Assembly: GCA_047495785.1 (NCBI GenBank)
Contig: JBLDXI010000013.1
Coordinates: forward strand, 2,604,001 to 2,668,000
Direction of reading: 5' to 3'
DNA: 64,000 nt
Origin: Lepidodermella squamata
Lineage: Eukaryota > Animalia > Gastrotricha
The notes beneath the pieces were generated by a model. The model ran no database searches and was not told the origin of the DNA. It saw only the letters and a program-made list of their open reading frames with translations. The number at the start of each line of letters is the position of its first letter. Position 1 is the stretch's first letter. This document shows, in pieces, positions 42,242-56,318 of this stretch. The position numbers and the translations under genes are program-made.

Positions 42242-44036
42242 TCAAGCAACAGGCTCATCGAGGGCTTCAAGAGTTGCCCCGACCAAATACAGGCTACCTG
42301 TTACAAGTATGTGACACCCATCCGGGTATTTTTGTTCAATTTTAGTCACCGCCTCTTCGACTGTTGTCGCAACTTCGGCGACTGATGACGCGTTTTCAGT
42401 AGCCGTCAGCCAAAAATTGGCCATTTCGCGACATCTCGCCACTTGGTCTTGATGCGTCGAGACATTGTACGCTGAGTCTACAGCTGGCGGTAGATAGGCG
42501 ACGGTCGGGCTGAAAACAGCCATGTCGAAGGGTTTGGATTGGCGCGCGACTTGGATGAATACTGATAGGAATTCGTCAAAATTGCGAGGGCCGGTTGTGT
42601 TGAAGAGCAGGACGCTTGCGGCGGCGTGATTGTCGCTGAAAAACCAGTCTGCGCACAGTTTAATGCTTTCCGGGGTGTGAGCACCGTCGATGAAGAAGGT
42701 GTAAGGGCCTCTGGTGATTCGCTGGAACCGGCCCGGCCAGCGAGTTTCTCTGAGCCCGGTTAGCATGGCATGGCTGGGTCGAAAAGCTGTAGCCATCAAA
42801 TCATGAACTCTGAAACTAAAAAGTAGAAATATGTAGAGTTGCTATGGCAAAATCTTACTAATTAATCGAAAAATCTTATTTATTATTATAATATACCAGA
42901 ATTTTTTTGGTATTGTTATAGAAAAAATTAAGGAGGAATTTTAACGGTTCAAATCTCTCAATTATAAACTCTTATTGTGAACGAGATTTGAGAAAAATAA
43001 TAAAAAATTACTTGTTAATGGAAGACTTTGAATCGATGTTGCGCGATTGCGTCCAGGCATTGACTAGCTGAAGGGCCAAACTCGCATTGGCACGTTGCAC
43101 CACACCATCGAGGCCCAAATTGTGCGCATTTTGATGATTGGACGACGAAGATAACGAATCATCCGATGAAAAATACGCATCATAGGGCGGAGCGACAGCA
43201 AGAGGGCACTCGGCTTTCGCAGCTCGCTCAATCAACACACGCATAGCTTCTTCGGGCTGCGGTTGCGTGAAGGCTGGAACGCCACTTTTGAAAATTCCAG
43301 CTTTATGCCACGCGATTTTAGCGATTGTATCACCCAACATAGCGATATGATCAAGACCTAAAGCGGAAACACCGCACACAACCGGCCGCCTTAATATATT
43401 CGTTGCGTCGTATTCGCCGCCAATACCGACCTCGATCACAGCAACATCGACGCCCTCTTTCAGAAAGACTTCAAACGCCAACAGGGTTAAAAAGTGAAAA
43501 TAACCAGGCAGCGGCAGTTTCGAGTTCAGCCGCAGCCTCTCGCTAACTGAGTTAAAATACCGGGCGAATAGTTCCGGTGAAATTGGCCGACCATCCAGCC
43601 GAATTCGCTCCCTGGCCTGCCGTAGATGAGGCGAGGTGAACAGACCGGTTTTAAACCCACTATGCCGCAGCATCGACTCGGTGAAAGCGCAAGTTGAGCC
43701 TTTTCCTTTCGTTCCGGAGACATGAACCGCATTTAGCCGGTCTAGATCGGACACAGTATAGCCGAGACAATCCAACCATTTTGTCATAAGTTCCAGCACT
43801 TCCGAAGATTGCTTGTTGAGGTTCCGCGGTAGACTGATGAAAACCTGCATATTGTTCAGGGCAGTGACGGCTCGGTCGTATTCGGCGCATTTCGCACGTT
43901 GCGAGTGAAGCGGCCGGAAAGTGGCGGATAAGCCGCCACTAACTGGTTGCTGCGTCATCAACGCCTGCTGCACGAAATGGCCGTTAGTTTTGCTGAGAGC
44001 CGATAGAAAAACAGCGGTAAGTTTACCGAGAAACAT
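42242..44036 (-). CDS. FPGS: Folylpolyglutamate synthase, two exons (intron ~42812-43010)
   Basis: VHVSGTKGKGSTCAF, FTSPHL, EVGIGGEYDATN, WHKAGIFK, WPGRFQ, DGAHT and VTGSLYLVG. Confidence 0.95.
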
Positions 44037-44505
44037 ACATCGAACACGAAAAAATTACACAAAAAAATAGAAATCTAAAAAAAAAATAGAACAATTTGTA
44101 ACAAGGCAATTTTAATTGAGTTCGAAAAGCTGTGTGAAAAATTCAGTCCAAACAATTGTGCAAAGAGATCTCAGCTTGTGAGTAAAAAATATTGGTCACA
44201 AATCAACTCGACTTCTTTGAGACGGTGAAGAAATTTGACGAGTTCAAAAAGCTATCTGCCTTAATAAATGAGCCTTATCTACCTTAATCTGAGACAGACA
44301 GTGACACGTGACCGCCCACGATTATACCCGGAGATAACAGGCGTCTTAATTCAAAGTTCAATTTTTAATTAGCCTTAATAATAAAATACCGAAATCCATT
44401 TCTTACAAGTCGCCTTTGATTTGTGACTAACAGATGAGGAATATTATGAGGTATAAAAATTGAAAGCTTTATTATGATTCATGGAATCTCGTTTTAATAT
44501 CATCC

Positions 44506-47452
44506 TCATTTCGCTGCTGGAATGTCGAGACCAACAAGTTGGCTAAGACCGGCTTGTAGCTGCTTGACCCGCTGCTCCATAGCGCGGCGTTGCGTCTCCG
44601 TTTCCGATAACAATACCCTCATTTCATCCTCGACTTGTCGCACCCGAGACTGCGCCTTGGCCACCTCGTTTTGCGCCTCGCTCCTCACACGTTCTAACTG
44701 CCGGGCGTGTTCGACCTGGGTCAAGTCTAGCTGCTCACGGAACCGGTCGTCCAACACCCGAATCCGCTCTCGCGCTGTTTCCAATTCCATTGCTAACTTA
44801 GTTTTCTCCTCATGCAACTGCTTCTCTTTTTCGACCGAATTGTTTTGCAGTTCGATAACTCGAGATTCGAGGTCGTTTATTCCCGTTATTCTCTCGCGCC
44901 ATTTTTCGTTGTCAGCCTGATGAGCGTGCTTTTCCGCAGCGAGTTGATTCTGCAGCTCAACCGCTCGTTTCTTCAACTCGGTCGCTCGTCGATCTGACGT
45001 TTCGAGCGCCTCGCTGGACTCCTTCAACTCGGCCTCTCGCTCATCGGCCAGTTTTTGCAAATCGACTATTTCAGCCCTCGCGTCTTTCAGCTGCTTCTCC
45101 CGCTCGAATAACGCGTCCTTCAACTTTCGAATCGTGTCCAATTGATCGTCGATAATTTTTGTTTTGATCTTCACAGCCTCGACTTCTTTGTCTAATTCGC
45201 GGCGTAACGTAGAGTTTTCAACGGTCAAAGATTCGATTTTCGACTCGAGGCGGCCTCGATCGGAAGATAGCTGGGCGCCTTGCTTGGCCAACTCCTCGCC
45301 CCAATGTTTCCGTTCTGACCTCAAACCTTCGACAAGCGATTGAAGGGCTTGTAATTCCGCTATCAATTTCACTTTTTCTTGTCTTAATAGATCAGCGGCT
45401 TGAGCTTGCTTCCGAATTTCTCCCAATTCACGCTCATAAGCTGCGATTTTTGAGTCAGCTTCGTTGAGTTTGGCGAGGTAAATCTTTTCCTGGTCAGATA
45501 ATTTCGCTTTCAGACCCTTGACGACATTAGTTAGTTGAGCTGATGCCTGCTGGTGTTGAGCTAATCGTTGTTCTGTGCTTTTCAAGGTGGATTTAGTTTT
45601 ACGCTCATCTTCAAGAGTCCGTTTTAGTTCCTCCTCAATTGTGTCATAACGGCCAGCTTCAATACGAAGGGCGTCGCGAAATTCATCTTCCAGCTGCCGA
45701 TACTTTGCATTTATTTCATCTACTCGCCGTTTTTCGGTTTCGAGACGTTCTTTCCATAGGGTCTCAATGGCGTTCATTCGCTCGGTGTAGTCGCGGCCGG
45801 AAACTTCGCGACGATATTCGCCCTCACGAGCTGCTAACGTAGCCTGAACATCCTGTAAACGACGTTCCAAATCAACGACTTGGCTGTGAAGCCGTTTAGA
45901 CTCTGCCTCGCTTTCTAATGCTCGTTTTTCTGCGAGCAACGTCTTTTTGGTAGATTCGTCTAAATCCAGCTTAACACGATCGACCTCAGCTTTCGATTTT
46001 TGGAGAAGAGATTCAAGTTCTGGAAGTCGTAAATTTGCCTCCTGAATTTGATTTCGGAGTCTTTTCATCTCTTCTTCGGCCTTCAAACGGGCTGAATGTT
46101 CGATTTCTGTCGTAGTTGCAATATCCTGACATTGCCTGATGCGTTCTTCCATTGACCTAACTGAGTCAGCGAGTTTCTTCGCAGCCATTTCTGCCTTGAA
46201 ACGACGCTCTCTTTCCGACTCGACCTGTCGAATCAGTTCGGTGAAGGTTTTAACAGCCTCGCGCCGATGCTCCGCGTCTTCGTTTTTCGGCGTTGGTGCT
46301 TTTCTCACCGGCTTTTCTTGAGCTTGAACACCAGCATCGGCGATTTTCACCTTTTTCTCCTCGATTAAGGCGGCTGATTGCTGACCGACGGAAGATTTTA
46401 GCCGGGATAATTCGCTTTCAAGCTCTTTCAGTCGATTTTCATATAAGGCCATTGTTTTACTCTCCGCATCTTCGACTCGTTTTTTCGGCGAAATTGAAGG
46501 CGATTGAGGGGTAGTTTCTTCCTCGTCTTCGTCAATCGGGTTATCGAGTTTTTCCAGTTCATTTTGTTGCGTTTGTCTGATTCGAGCTAAAACTGCATCG
46601 ACATGAGGCGTTCTCACCGGTGGTTTTCCTTTATTAGGGCTAGATTTGACTTTTGGTTTTGGGTCTTCCTCAAGTTCTGCCACGAAATTACTGTCGATAA
46701 GTGAAAGAACTAGATCACTCATCACGTCTTCCTGTTGCAACCAGCCGTTATCAACAATGGGATTTCCGTATCGATCATTGCCGTCGAGAACTGTGAGAGT
46801 TTTCAGCGAAGACATAATTCGACCACGGTATGAAGAAATTGAGCAGACTGGGTTGGTCGCGTCGTCTTTTTCAAGGTAGAGCTCATGAAGAGAGGTGAAT
46901 TCGCAGAAAGCAGCGATTATCAGGTCAATTGATGAGATGCTATTGCCCTGAAGATCAACTCGTTCGAGCGCACATTGACTCATATTAGTCAGTGAAAGTT
47001 GTCGGAAACCTTGTAGACCGGTAATTCGATTGTATGCCAAGTTCGCATAGCGAAGATTCCTAAATAATAAATTTCGAAAATTTAATTTGTATTATTCAAT
47101 TCTGTAAGAAAATTTACCTCAGTTTCGCAATTGAGGCCACTGTGACGAGTCGATTTGAAGCTAAATTCAGGTAGACCAGCTCGTGAAGTTCATTCAGCCC
47201 GTTCATGCTTGCCAAACGATTCGATGAAAGATCGAGAAATCGCAGTGTATCACCGAGATGTTCAAGTCCGCGAATAACTGATATGTTATTTCCATGTAGA
47301 TTGATACTGACAAGGTACCGGTAGTGGGAAACCAGTTCAGGTACTTCTTGCAGACCGCGGTCAATTAAACTGAGTTCACGATTCATATTCAATGGGGCTG
47401 AATGAGAGGAACCCGGCTGATTTTCCAACTTCTTAGTCGCAGATTTTCTCAT
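44506..47452 (-). CDS. LRRCC1: LRR and coiled-coil centrosomal protein, two exons
   Basis: N-terminal LRRs (INLHGNNI, LDLSSNRL, LNLASNRL, VDLQGNSI) followed by a long coiled coil with ERERRFKAE, YRQLEDEFRDALRIE, WGEELAKQGAQLSSDRGRLE and VEDEMRVLL. Confidence 0.88.
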
Positions 47453-47532
47453 TTTTCAAGAAAATCTATTAAAAAATCAGAAAATTTAAAATTCAAAATT
47501 TATACAAATAAGATAACAAATGGCAGAGAAAA

Positions 47533-48027
47533 TTAATCATTGAGCCAATCTCTTCGCAGCGCCTTGTAAGCCTGCATTTCCTTTTGGAATAAACGACTAA
47601 GTTCAGCCAACATGATTGCCTTGAAACGGCGATACGACGCAATTCGATCGCGAGCGTGGTCGTTTTCTTTCACGGCTTTCGTCATCGCTTGAACAGTGTA
47701 ACACTCCGGATTTTTACCAGCATCGACAAATTCGAGCACATCGCGAGGCACCATCAATCGCTCGGCCGGGCCGCGTTTCAAGCGATCGAGTTCAGCGAGT
47801 TCTTGCACGATTCCCGTAATTTTTCCGTTGATAAGCGCCTGACTCTGCGGCTGGACATCGCTTACGATGATTCCGAGCTCGCGAGCGTGTTCAGTGCACA
47901 GCTCTAAATGATCGCGAATCGACTGTATAATTGCCGCATCGTCCGCAGCCGCTGCTCCGCCATCAGCTCCATTATATCCATCTTCACCATAGCCATTATC
48001 GTGATTTTGATCGTAGTTTTGGTCCAT
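47533..48027 (-). CDS. MED10: Mediator subunit 10
   Basis: RELGIIVSDVQPQSQ and VPRDVLEFVDAGKNPECYT. Confidence 0.93.
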   Translation of the reverse strand: MDQNYDQNHDNGYGEDGYNGADGGAAAADDAAIIQSIRDHLELCTEHARELGIIVSDVQPQSQALINGKITGIVQELAELDRLKRGPAERLMVPRDVLEFVDAGKNPECYTVQAMTKAVKENDHARDRIASYRRFKAIMLAELSRLFQKEMQAYKALRRDWLND

Positions 48028-48293
48028 AATTGTTTCAAAAAATCTAAGAATCATATGAAATGAAATTGAACCATCACTGATTTTTTAATAATATAATCAT
48101 CGATAATTTAAATCACAAAGCACCAATGAAAAAATCATGATATCATTACATGGACAGTTTTTCCAACATCAAAATATCGCCTTATTATACCTATGCGGTT
48201 TGCGTAAATGGAACAACCGTTTTCATTGATATTACACATTTAAATATTTTATTATGAATTCAGAAGAGGGGATATCTCTTTGAATTGCTAAAT

Positions 48294-51200
48294 TTAATCA
48301 GTTTTCTCTGAATAATTAATGTGAATGAAAGGCCCAAGTTCAGGCCGAACCGAAGACTTGTTGCTGCTAGGCGGCACAATGAACTCTATAGTGGGCGGCA
48401 GGGGGCGAAAGACTCCAGAATGCGTCGCGAGCAGCGTCAACGGAATGCTGATCGCATCGCCGGGTTCCATTGAAATCGGCCAAATCGGCTGCGGCGCGAG
48501 CCACAACAGCCCTGTAGCATCATCCGAACCAGTCGCAATGGGCAGGTTGCAATCGACCAGTTCAATACGAGATGTCGATTTATTGCGGCAGAAAATAATC
48601 GCCGATATCCGATGCGGTGTCTGACAGTCGTCTTCCTTAACGGTTTCGACTTGAACGATTTGCGGGTACTCCATGTGAACAACAAGTAGAGAAATTCCGT
48701 CGCCTAGTGCTGATTGCGTCGAGCGGCGACCTAGGCCGAACGCGACCCGGCGGGCCGACATGTCAGGGTCGGAGGCGGCGAAAACCGCGGAGGAAAATTG
48801 GTCGCCCGGGAATAGAGGTGGGTCGACCACGAAATTACAACCTCGGATAGTAAATGAGCCCTCGCCAGACGCCAGAGTCCACTGAAACACAAAAATTCCA
48901 TGAAGGCGAGACGAGCTTGAGACACTCGAGAAAACACTGGTTTTATGCGCTGATAAAGCCATTCGAACAATTGCGACGTAGATCTCTGAATTCACGTCAG
49001 ATTTCGCGGCGGATTTCTGTGGGACAGAGCCGATTGTGGTCGAAAGACTACTGTGAGTGAGCAGTTCCAATTGTGGTGTGCCAGTTGATTCTGGAAGAGG
49101 CGAGTCGCGGCGAGATACCACAACTGTGTTGACCACTCTAGAAATCGATTTCAACAAATCGTCCTCCTCTTTGGATTTCAGTTCGATCGAAGAGCTGATC
49201 AAAGCTAGACGATCGAGTTCAAGGTGTGACCAATTTTGTTGCTGCTGGTTTTCGCTGGCCATCAGCGACGCGGAGAAGCCGAGCGAGAATAGGAAGCAAT
49301 CACGCACGTTGAGCAAGCCTACGGGCGAAGACGGGTGTGGCATGGCGGCCACAGAGAGTAGGAAAGGCGTTTCGCAAATCGGCAGTTTGACCAGAACAGG
49401 AGAAAGGCGATATCGTCTAAAATAAGAAACAATTTTGATAAGTTTGACCAGATTGAAGTCCGAAACTAAATTGTTCATGAATTGAAAATTAAAAACTTGA
49501 TCAGAAAACGAATTCGACTTATGAATACGGTATCAAGCGGCTGCACTAGTTTTTATCGCAATGAATCATTGCAAGGTATCGCTAACAGTATGTCTTAAAT
49601 TACAAAAACTCACTTTTTCCCCGTTCGCTTGACGGGCTCGTAAGCGACCAATAGGCTAAATGTGAAGATTGAAGAAGCTATTTCTTGCGAATTCGGTGCC
49701 ACCCTAACAAGAGCATTCAACGACCACGTCGACGATTCCGTCGCGTTTTCCGGCACCAAAACACGCCAAGACTTGTTTGTATCTACCGGGGTTGGGTTAT
49801 TCGCGGCTTGCTGCGCATTTTGAGGCGGCGGCGGTGGTACAGGTATATCCACAAAGCCGTCCAATAATTGCACACATTCCGAACGATTTGTCGACAAAAC
49901 AATAGATTTAACGCCGTTATCCGACCCGGCTCGGTCGCCTGATAGCTGGAATGTAACTTTCATTGGAAGTAAGGTGCCGGGTATGAAGGGCGAGGCTGAT
50001 TCGTCTATTTGCACATGGGCCGAAACGCAACCGGATGACTCACAAACGTCGATATTCCACGGTTTATCCATCGACCAGTGAGCGTGAATTGCCGCTGAAG
50101 ACTGGTCATCAAACGGGGCAGGAAGGTTCAATTGAGCGCAAATTTTGTCAATTTTCAACTTCCCAGCAACAGAACAAATCACTCGAATGATGAACCTCGC
50201 ACTCTGCCTGGGTTGCAAGTCTAAAATACTCGGCGCTTCGAGGTTAATGCACGAATCTTTTTCACCATGACCGAACAGCAAAGTTGAATTATCGCTGGAT
50301 TCAATGCAACCGGATAAAGCAACACTCGATAGAGTTAATGGAATATCTAACGGGTTTTCGACATCGACTAGAAGTAAAAACTGCTCCCCGGCAAAAACCG
50401 ACGGAACTTCAGGAGCTTTTTGCACTTTCCCTCGAATTTTGCTGTTGAACAGGAATGAAGCAGGCCGAACAATAACAGAATTTATCAACGCTTTCACTGC
50501 AACTTCTTCCAAAACCCCGAAACTTTGCCAGTCATCCGTACCGGGCAGGGTAAGACTCGTCGGCGATAGCTGGTTGACCAAAGTCGGGTCAATTAACAGG
50601 CAGGTTGATGGGAAAATCGGCACAGGCGAATTCACCGCATTTTCAGCCGGTGTCAAGGCGGATTGCGATTGAGCTTCCTCGAATCGTTTCGCAACGTAAA
50701 GGTACTCTCGAATAAATCCAGCCTGCGTATTCGCGGTTTGATGCTGATTTTTCGTGTCATTGTGATGGCACAACAGCCCAGCAAACGCTTCAACGGCAGT
50801 TTTCAAGTCACGCAGGGCAAAAGACTGGCGACCAATCGTTAACAAAACGTGGTCTTCAGCGAGAGCTAGACCTTTTCCGGCATAAGTCGACAAAGCGGTT
50901 TGATAACAGCGTAAAGCGTGTTTTCTACGACCAGCCCGGCTGTAGCGAGCGCCGGCTAGCAATAGATTTAAGGCGGATTTCCTCAAACGAGGCGATGGTC
51001 GGTAAGCGGCCCAACAATGCGCAGCTTGTTCCAACGCTATGGCTGATCGAATTTCGAATTCAGGTGACGAGATTTCCGGAGCGAGTCTCGCAAAAACCGC
51101 CGCTGCTTCATTGAACAATTTAAGAGATCGCAATGAATCAGCCCACAGTAAGCCACATCTCGTCATTAAATACTGAGCTCTCGGAACTGTCGCCGCTAAA

Positions 51201-52566
51201 CTTTGATATAGCGAGAAAGCGTTTTCCAAATATTTCAAACACGTCGCAGGGAATCGTTTTGATGACGGCTGAGGGTGGAGAAGCAACGCCACAGCTGCTG
51301 CCTCTAACGCAGTTGCTTGAGGTAACAAAGCTTGATCACGTTGAAAATCGTCCTTCAATCGATGATATCCTTCGAAAGCAATGTCAAATGCGCCCATTAA
51401 TAGAGCTAAATCAGACAAACGGCGAAGTTGGATCTCGGCAGATTCGTCCGTGTAAACAACATCGGCGGATGAAATTCCCTGCGTTTGTCCGTTCATACCA
51501 GCTAGTGACCCAGAACTGCCACGATTTGGTAGGCCCATCTTATTCGCTGGTTTAGAACCGGCCGAAAAAATGCGGCCTAAACCCATTGAAATTCCTCGGC
51601 CTTTATTCAACTGCTCATATAATTGATTAACATGTTTTTCGGACCATTGAAGAAGCGATGGTAGCACGACATCTCGCGCTAATCTTGCAAAGAGGCCGGC
51701 AATGATTGTTGAAGGCTTAGCAGCTGCTGAATTATCAATAGGGACAAAAGGCACGGCTTGAGTTAACAGACCAGGTAGAACCGTTCTAGCTTGTTCAATC
51801 GATGCATTCAGTCTAGTGCCACTATCACTCGGTGAGCTCGGCGAGAAAACAACGGCGCAACACCGAGGACACGGCATCATCAAATGCCGGCTGGGTCCGA
51901 CCGGAGTTGCGGGTGAGCTAGTGTTTTGAGGAGCATTCGCAATTCGAATCGAGCTTCGGTCGTTATGTTGCTCGGCTAACGTGACTAGATTGCCCGACGG
52001 GCTTTCCGCCATTTCCGAGGTGAGAAAGACGCAAGAAACACAAGAAGACATAAATTCGACCTCACTCGCCTCACTCGTTTCAACAACCGCAGCTCGATAC
52101 GCAGAATACCACGGGCAACTTTGCATATTAGCCAGGAATCGATTACTCTGCTCACCAGGTTCACATGGTGAATAAGCGTGGCCGACTCCGGAGACCATAA
52201 AAGGCGATAAAGCCATTGATTCGTCATCAAACCATTCGCCAATCGCTTGCTCGTATTTTGACTTATTATAATCATTCAAAGTCCGGGCATCGATGAATCG
52301 AAATCCTATCCGCCGCTGAACAGTCGTAGCTACGCCATTGATAATATCACGAACATACGCTGAATCAAATGAAAATTCAATAAAAATTCAATAAACTTGA
52401 CATAGGTACGGAATTTCTTACCGTTGTCAATAAATACAGAGAACTTCTCAGGCATACTACAGCCCGTGAGTTTTCTGCATAGCGCATCGACTTCTTGATC
52501 TGCATAGTAAACAACTCGGACTTGATAAAAATTAGCCAAATAGTCTACGAGGTCATTTTTCTCCAT
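48294..52566 (-). CDS. TRAPPC8: TRAPPIII subunit TRAPPC8/Trs85, at least three exons
   Basis: EIQLRRLSDLALLMGAFDIAFEGYHRLKDDFQRD, RSAIALEQAAHC, RKSALNLLLAGARYSRAG and LAEDHV; beta-rich C-terminal part (VENPLDIPLTL). Confidence 0.87.
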
Positions 52567-52661
52567 CGCATAGATAATATGTAAGAAAACCTAGGGAGCA
52601 TAATTCGAGTTGAGCTTCTGTTATTCCTTTAAAATTACAAGACGCAACAATTATTCTTTGA

Positions 52662-53612
<951 letters not shown>

Positions 53613-54708
53613 TCAGATGAAAAATTAACGGGTCTAAAATGGCGAGAAAAATGTGATGACAGATGATTTTTTCAAACCGCTACGACATAGATCGCACATT
53701 TTGCTTAATAACCAAAGCCCAAAGCCTTGCATAAGAGCATATTATAGATTGCTTAACTATAAAAAACTATAATAAATAACAATTTGGACTACGCCACAAG
53801 GTAAGAATAAAAACCAATCTCTTAAAAAATGGCACGTGCAACTAATAAGTTTTTATGCTGCTGATGAAAGCCTCAAAACTCAAAAGAGCTTCGAAACAAT
53901 TATAATTTGCTTGATACCTCGTACCTCGCACCGAGTAGCAAGTTCGGAGTTCGGAGCTGAGACAGAATTTAAGAGAAGCAACATATAAGTTTTAGGAAGC
54001 GCGATATTCACCCGAACCATCAATCACGTTTTCAAAATCTTCGGAATAATCAAGGGCCAAATATAGCGTAATTTGTTTTAGCTGCCTGGAGATGTACACT
54101 AAATGACACCTAGAATAAATGATACATAAACACTATTTCCTCGATCCTAGAGCTTCCGCCAACTTCGAACTTCGATTGTCGCTTCTTCTGGACTTTCGCT
54201 ACTCAGCATCAGCATTATTCCCGAAACACAATACACAAGACACAAGCATGAATCACTTGAAAGAACTATAAAGGTGTCACAAACAGTAAACAGATTACAG
54301 ATAATCGCTGCTCGCGGAACAGCCTAGCCAGGAGCCAGCAACCTGTCTGTGCCACGAAAAAAAGCAGCGGTTGGCGGTCGATGGAGCGATGGAATCCCTG
54401 TGGATTTCACCCAGATCGCCTTCCCACCCTTTATTACACGTATTTCTTTCAAAGTTTTATCAGGGTGAGTAATATGAGATTTTTTAAATGTCAGTAACAA
54501 TATATGTCGCTATTTAAAAAATTAGGTGAATTTTGCATAATGTTCACATGAAGTTTTTGCATGTCGGTGTGTTGGACTTTGCCCCAATGAAAAAATGTGT
54601 GCTAGTATTAGTGTCAGAAAAAAACGCGTAAGCTTTGTTAACGACCACGCCACTCACGAAAATGCCCCAGTTAATCAGGCCAATTCTAATTCCGGCACAA
54701 ATGTCTTC

Positions 54709-54802
54709 TGGCTGGACAGATTTGAACCCGGGCCGTAAAAGTCGGACTTTGCCCCTCATCGCCTGCGATCCCACGTTGTGTTGTTGACCACTGCTTTATG
54801 GG
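54709..54802 (-). repeat. Possible tRNA-derived SINE head
   Basis: Minus strand has an A-box-like AAGCAGTGGTC and a B-box-like GGGTTCAAATC about 60 nt apart; stems are degenerate. Confidence 0.3.
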
Positions 54803-55261
54803 TAGAGTGGGTGGCAGTATTTAAATCACCGCATTATTTGCATTGAGTATTCAATTGTTGGCTGGTGCTCAGTATCTTTTTCTTCAAATTGCAAGGTAAA
54901 TTCATGATTCAAGATTTGCTTGAGATCGATAGATGGCTTGGGTGTTAGCATTTAGCATGTGGTATTGTGTAGGATTATTTATGTGAAGTAAGGGATTTAA
55001 ATAATTGATTTTGTTCGAAAGATTAATTAAAATTGAAAAATATTTGAGCTATGGTGAGTTTCTTTAGGTATAAGAGGCCAGCACTTGAATACTAGCGTTG
55101 GTCGCTCAAGATTTACTAGAGGCGCCGTGCTCTATTGTATTATTTAAAAAAAAGGCCAAGGGAAGAGATTCAGGACTAGGATGTTTATATAATTTTTAAA
55201 GTGTTCTTTTCTTTGAATCTTTAAAGGAAATCAAATTTTATTCTTGTTGACTCAGGTCATA

Positions 55262-56104
55262 ATGGCTGCTGCCGCTGCTGCTGGTGCAATCAATGCATCC
55301 TTGCCGTATTTCGAGTTTGAGCTGCAATTCCGCCCCGACGAATGGCGTGATTGGTCCAAACTGCCGGGTAATCGTTGGCTCGGTCTACCGATTGCCTTTG
55401 TCTATGTTGTGGGGGTATTTGTTATCAAAGCTGCAATGGAGAAGCGTGAGCGTTTTGAGCTTAAAAATCTACTTGTCGTGTGGAATTTCTGTCTCGCAAT
55501 GTTTTCGTGGTTTGGGAGTATGCGAATGGTGCCTTTCTTCTGGGACCAAATTTCCAAACATGGGGTAGATTACAGCTTGTGCGACGACTCAGTCTATCGC
55601 AATCCGGTCACTGGATTTTGGATTGCTGCATTCGTCTTTTCAAAGCCTTTTGAGCTGCTCGATACCGCGTTTATTGTTCTTCGAAAGCAGAAGCTCATTT
55701 TTCTACATTGGTATCACCATGCCACCGTCGTTATTCTAGCTTTTGCCAATTGGTACGCCTGGCCGGGCATCGGAATCTGGCAAACGACCATGAACTATTC
55801 GGTTCATGCGGTCATGTACAGTTATTACATGCTGCGCGCCATGGACATTAAGCCACCTTCGATCGTTAACAAAACAATTACTACGCTTCAAATCATCCAG
55901 ATGATCATTGCCTGCGTTCTTGGAGGCCGCGCCTTCTATTTCATCACTTCAGGTCGAGGTTGCGGAACTGACAACATCGAAACGGCAAGCTTGGCTTTCG
56001 CTTTCTATTTCAGCTATTTTGTTTTGTTCGTGCACTTCTTCTGGGTCACTTACATCAACCCTCCGAGGAGCCGATTGGTTGACAACAAGAAGAAAGCAAA
56101 TTGA
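55262..56104 (+). CDS. ELOVL: Fatty acid elongase (ELOVL3/6-like)
   Basis: SKPFELLDTAFIVLRKQKLIFLHWYHH, MNYSVHAVMYSYY and ITTLQIIQM; C-terminal KKxx ER-retrieval motif (KKAN). Confidence 0.93.
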   Translation: MAAAAAAGAINASLPYFEFELQFRPDEWRDWSKLPGNRWLGLPIAFVYVVGVFVIKAAMEKRERFELKNLLVVWNFCLAMFSWFGSMRMVPFFWDQISKHGVDYSLCDDSVYRNPVTGFWIAAFVFSKPFELLDTAFIVLRKQKLIFLHWYHHATVVILAFANWYAWPGIGIWQTTMNYSVHAVMYSYYMLRAMDIKPPSIVNKTITTLQIIQMIIACVLGGRAFYFITSGRGCGTDNIETASLAFAFYFSYFVLFVHFFWVTYINPPRSRLVDNKKKAN

Positions 56105-56318
56105 AGCCCGTCGTCGCTTAATTGACTAATCGCATTGTAGCTTATATGCATTCGATTCAGTGCCCGAAATTTTAACTGTTATTCGAGCAACTTATTTTCC
56201 AAGGGATCATTTCCTTAACTGCGAGCATGTCATGTGATCTTGTGGTCTGAGATGTGAACTTCGAATACATTTAAACGTGCAATTTATTCTATTTCTGCTA
56301 GAATTTTGATTTACTGAT

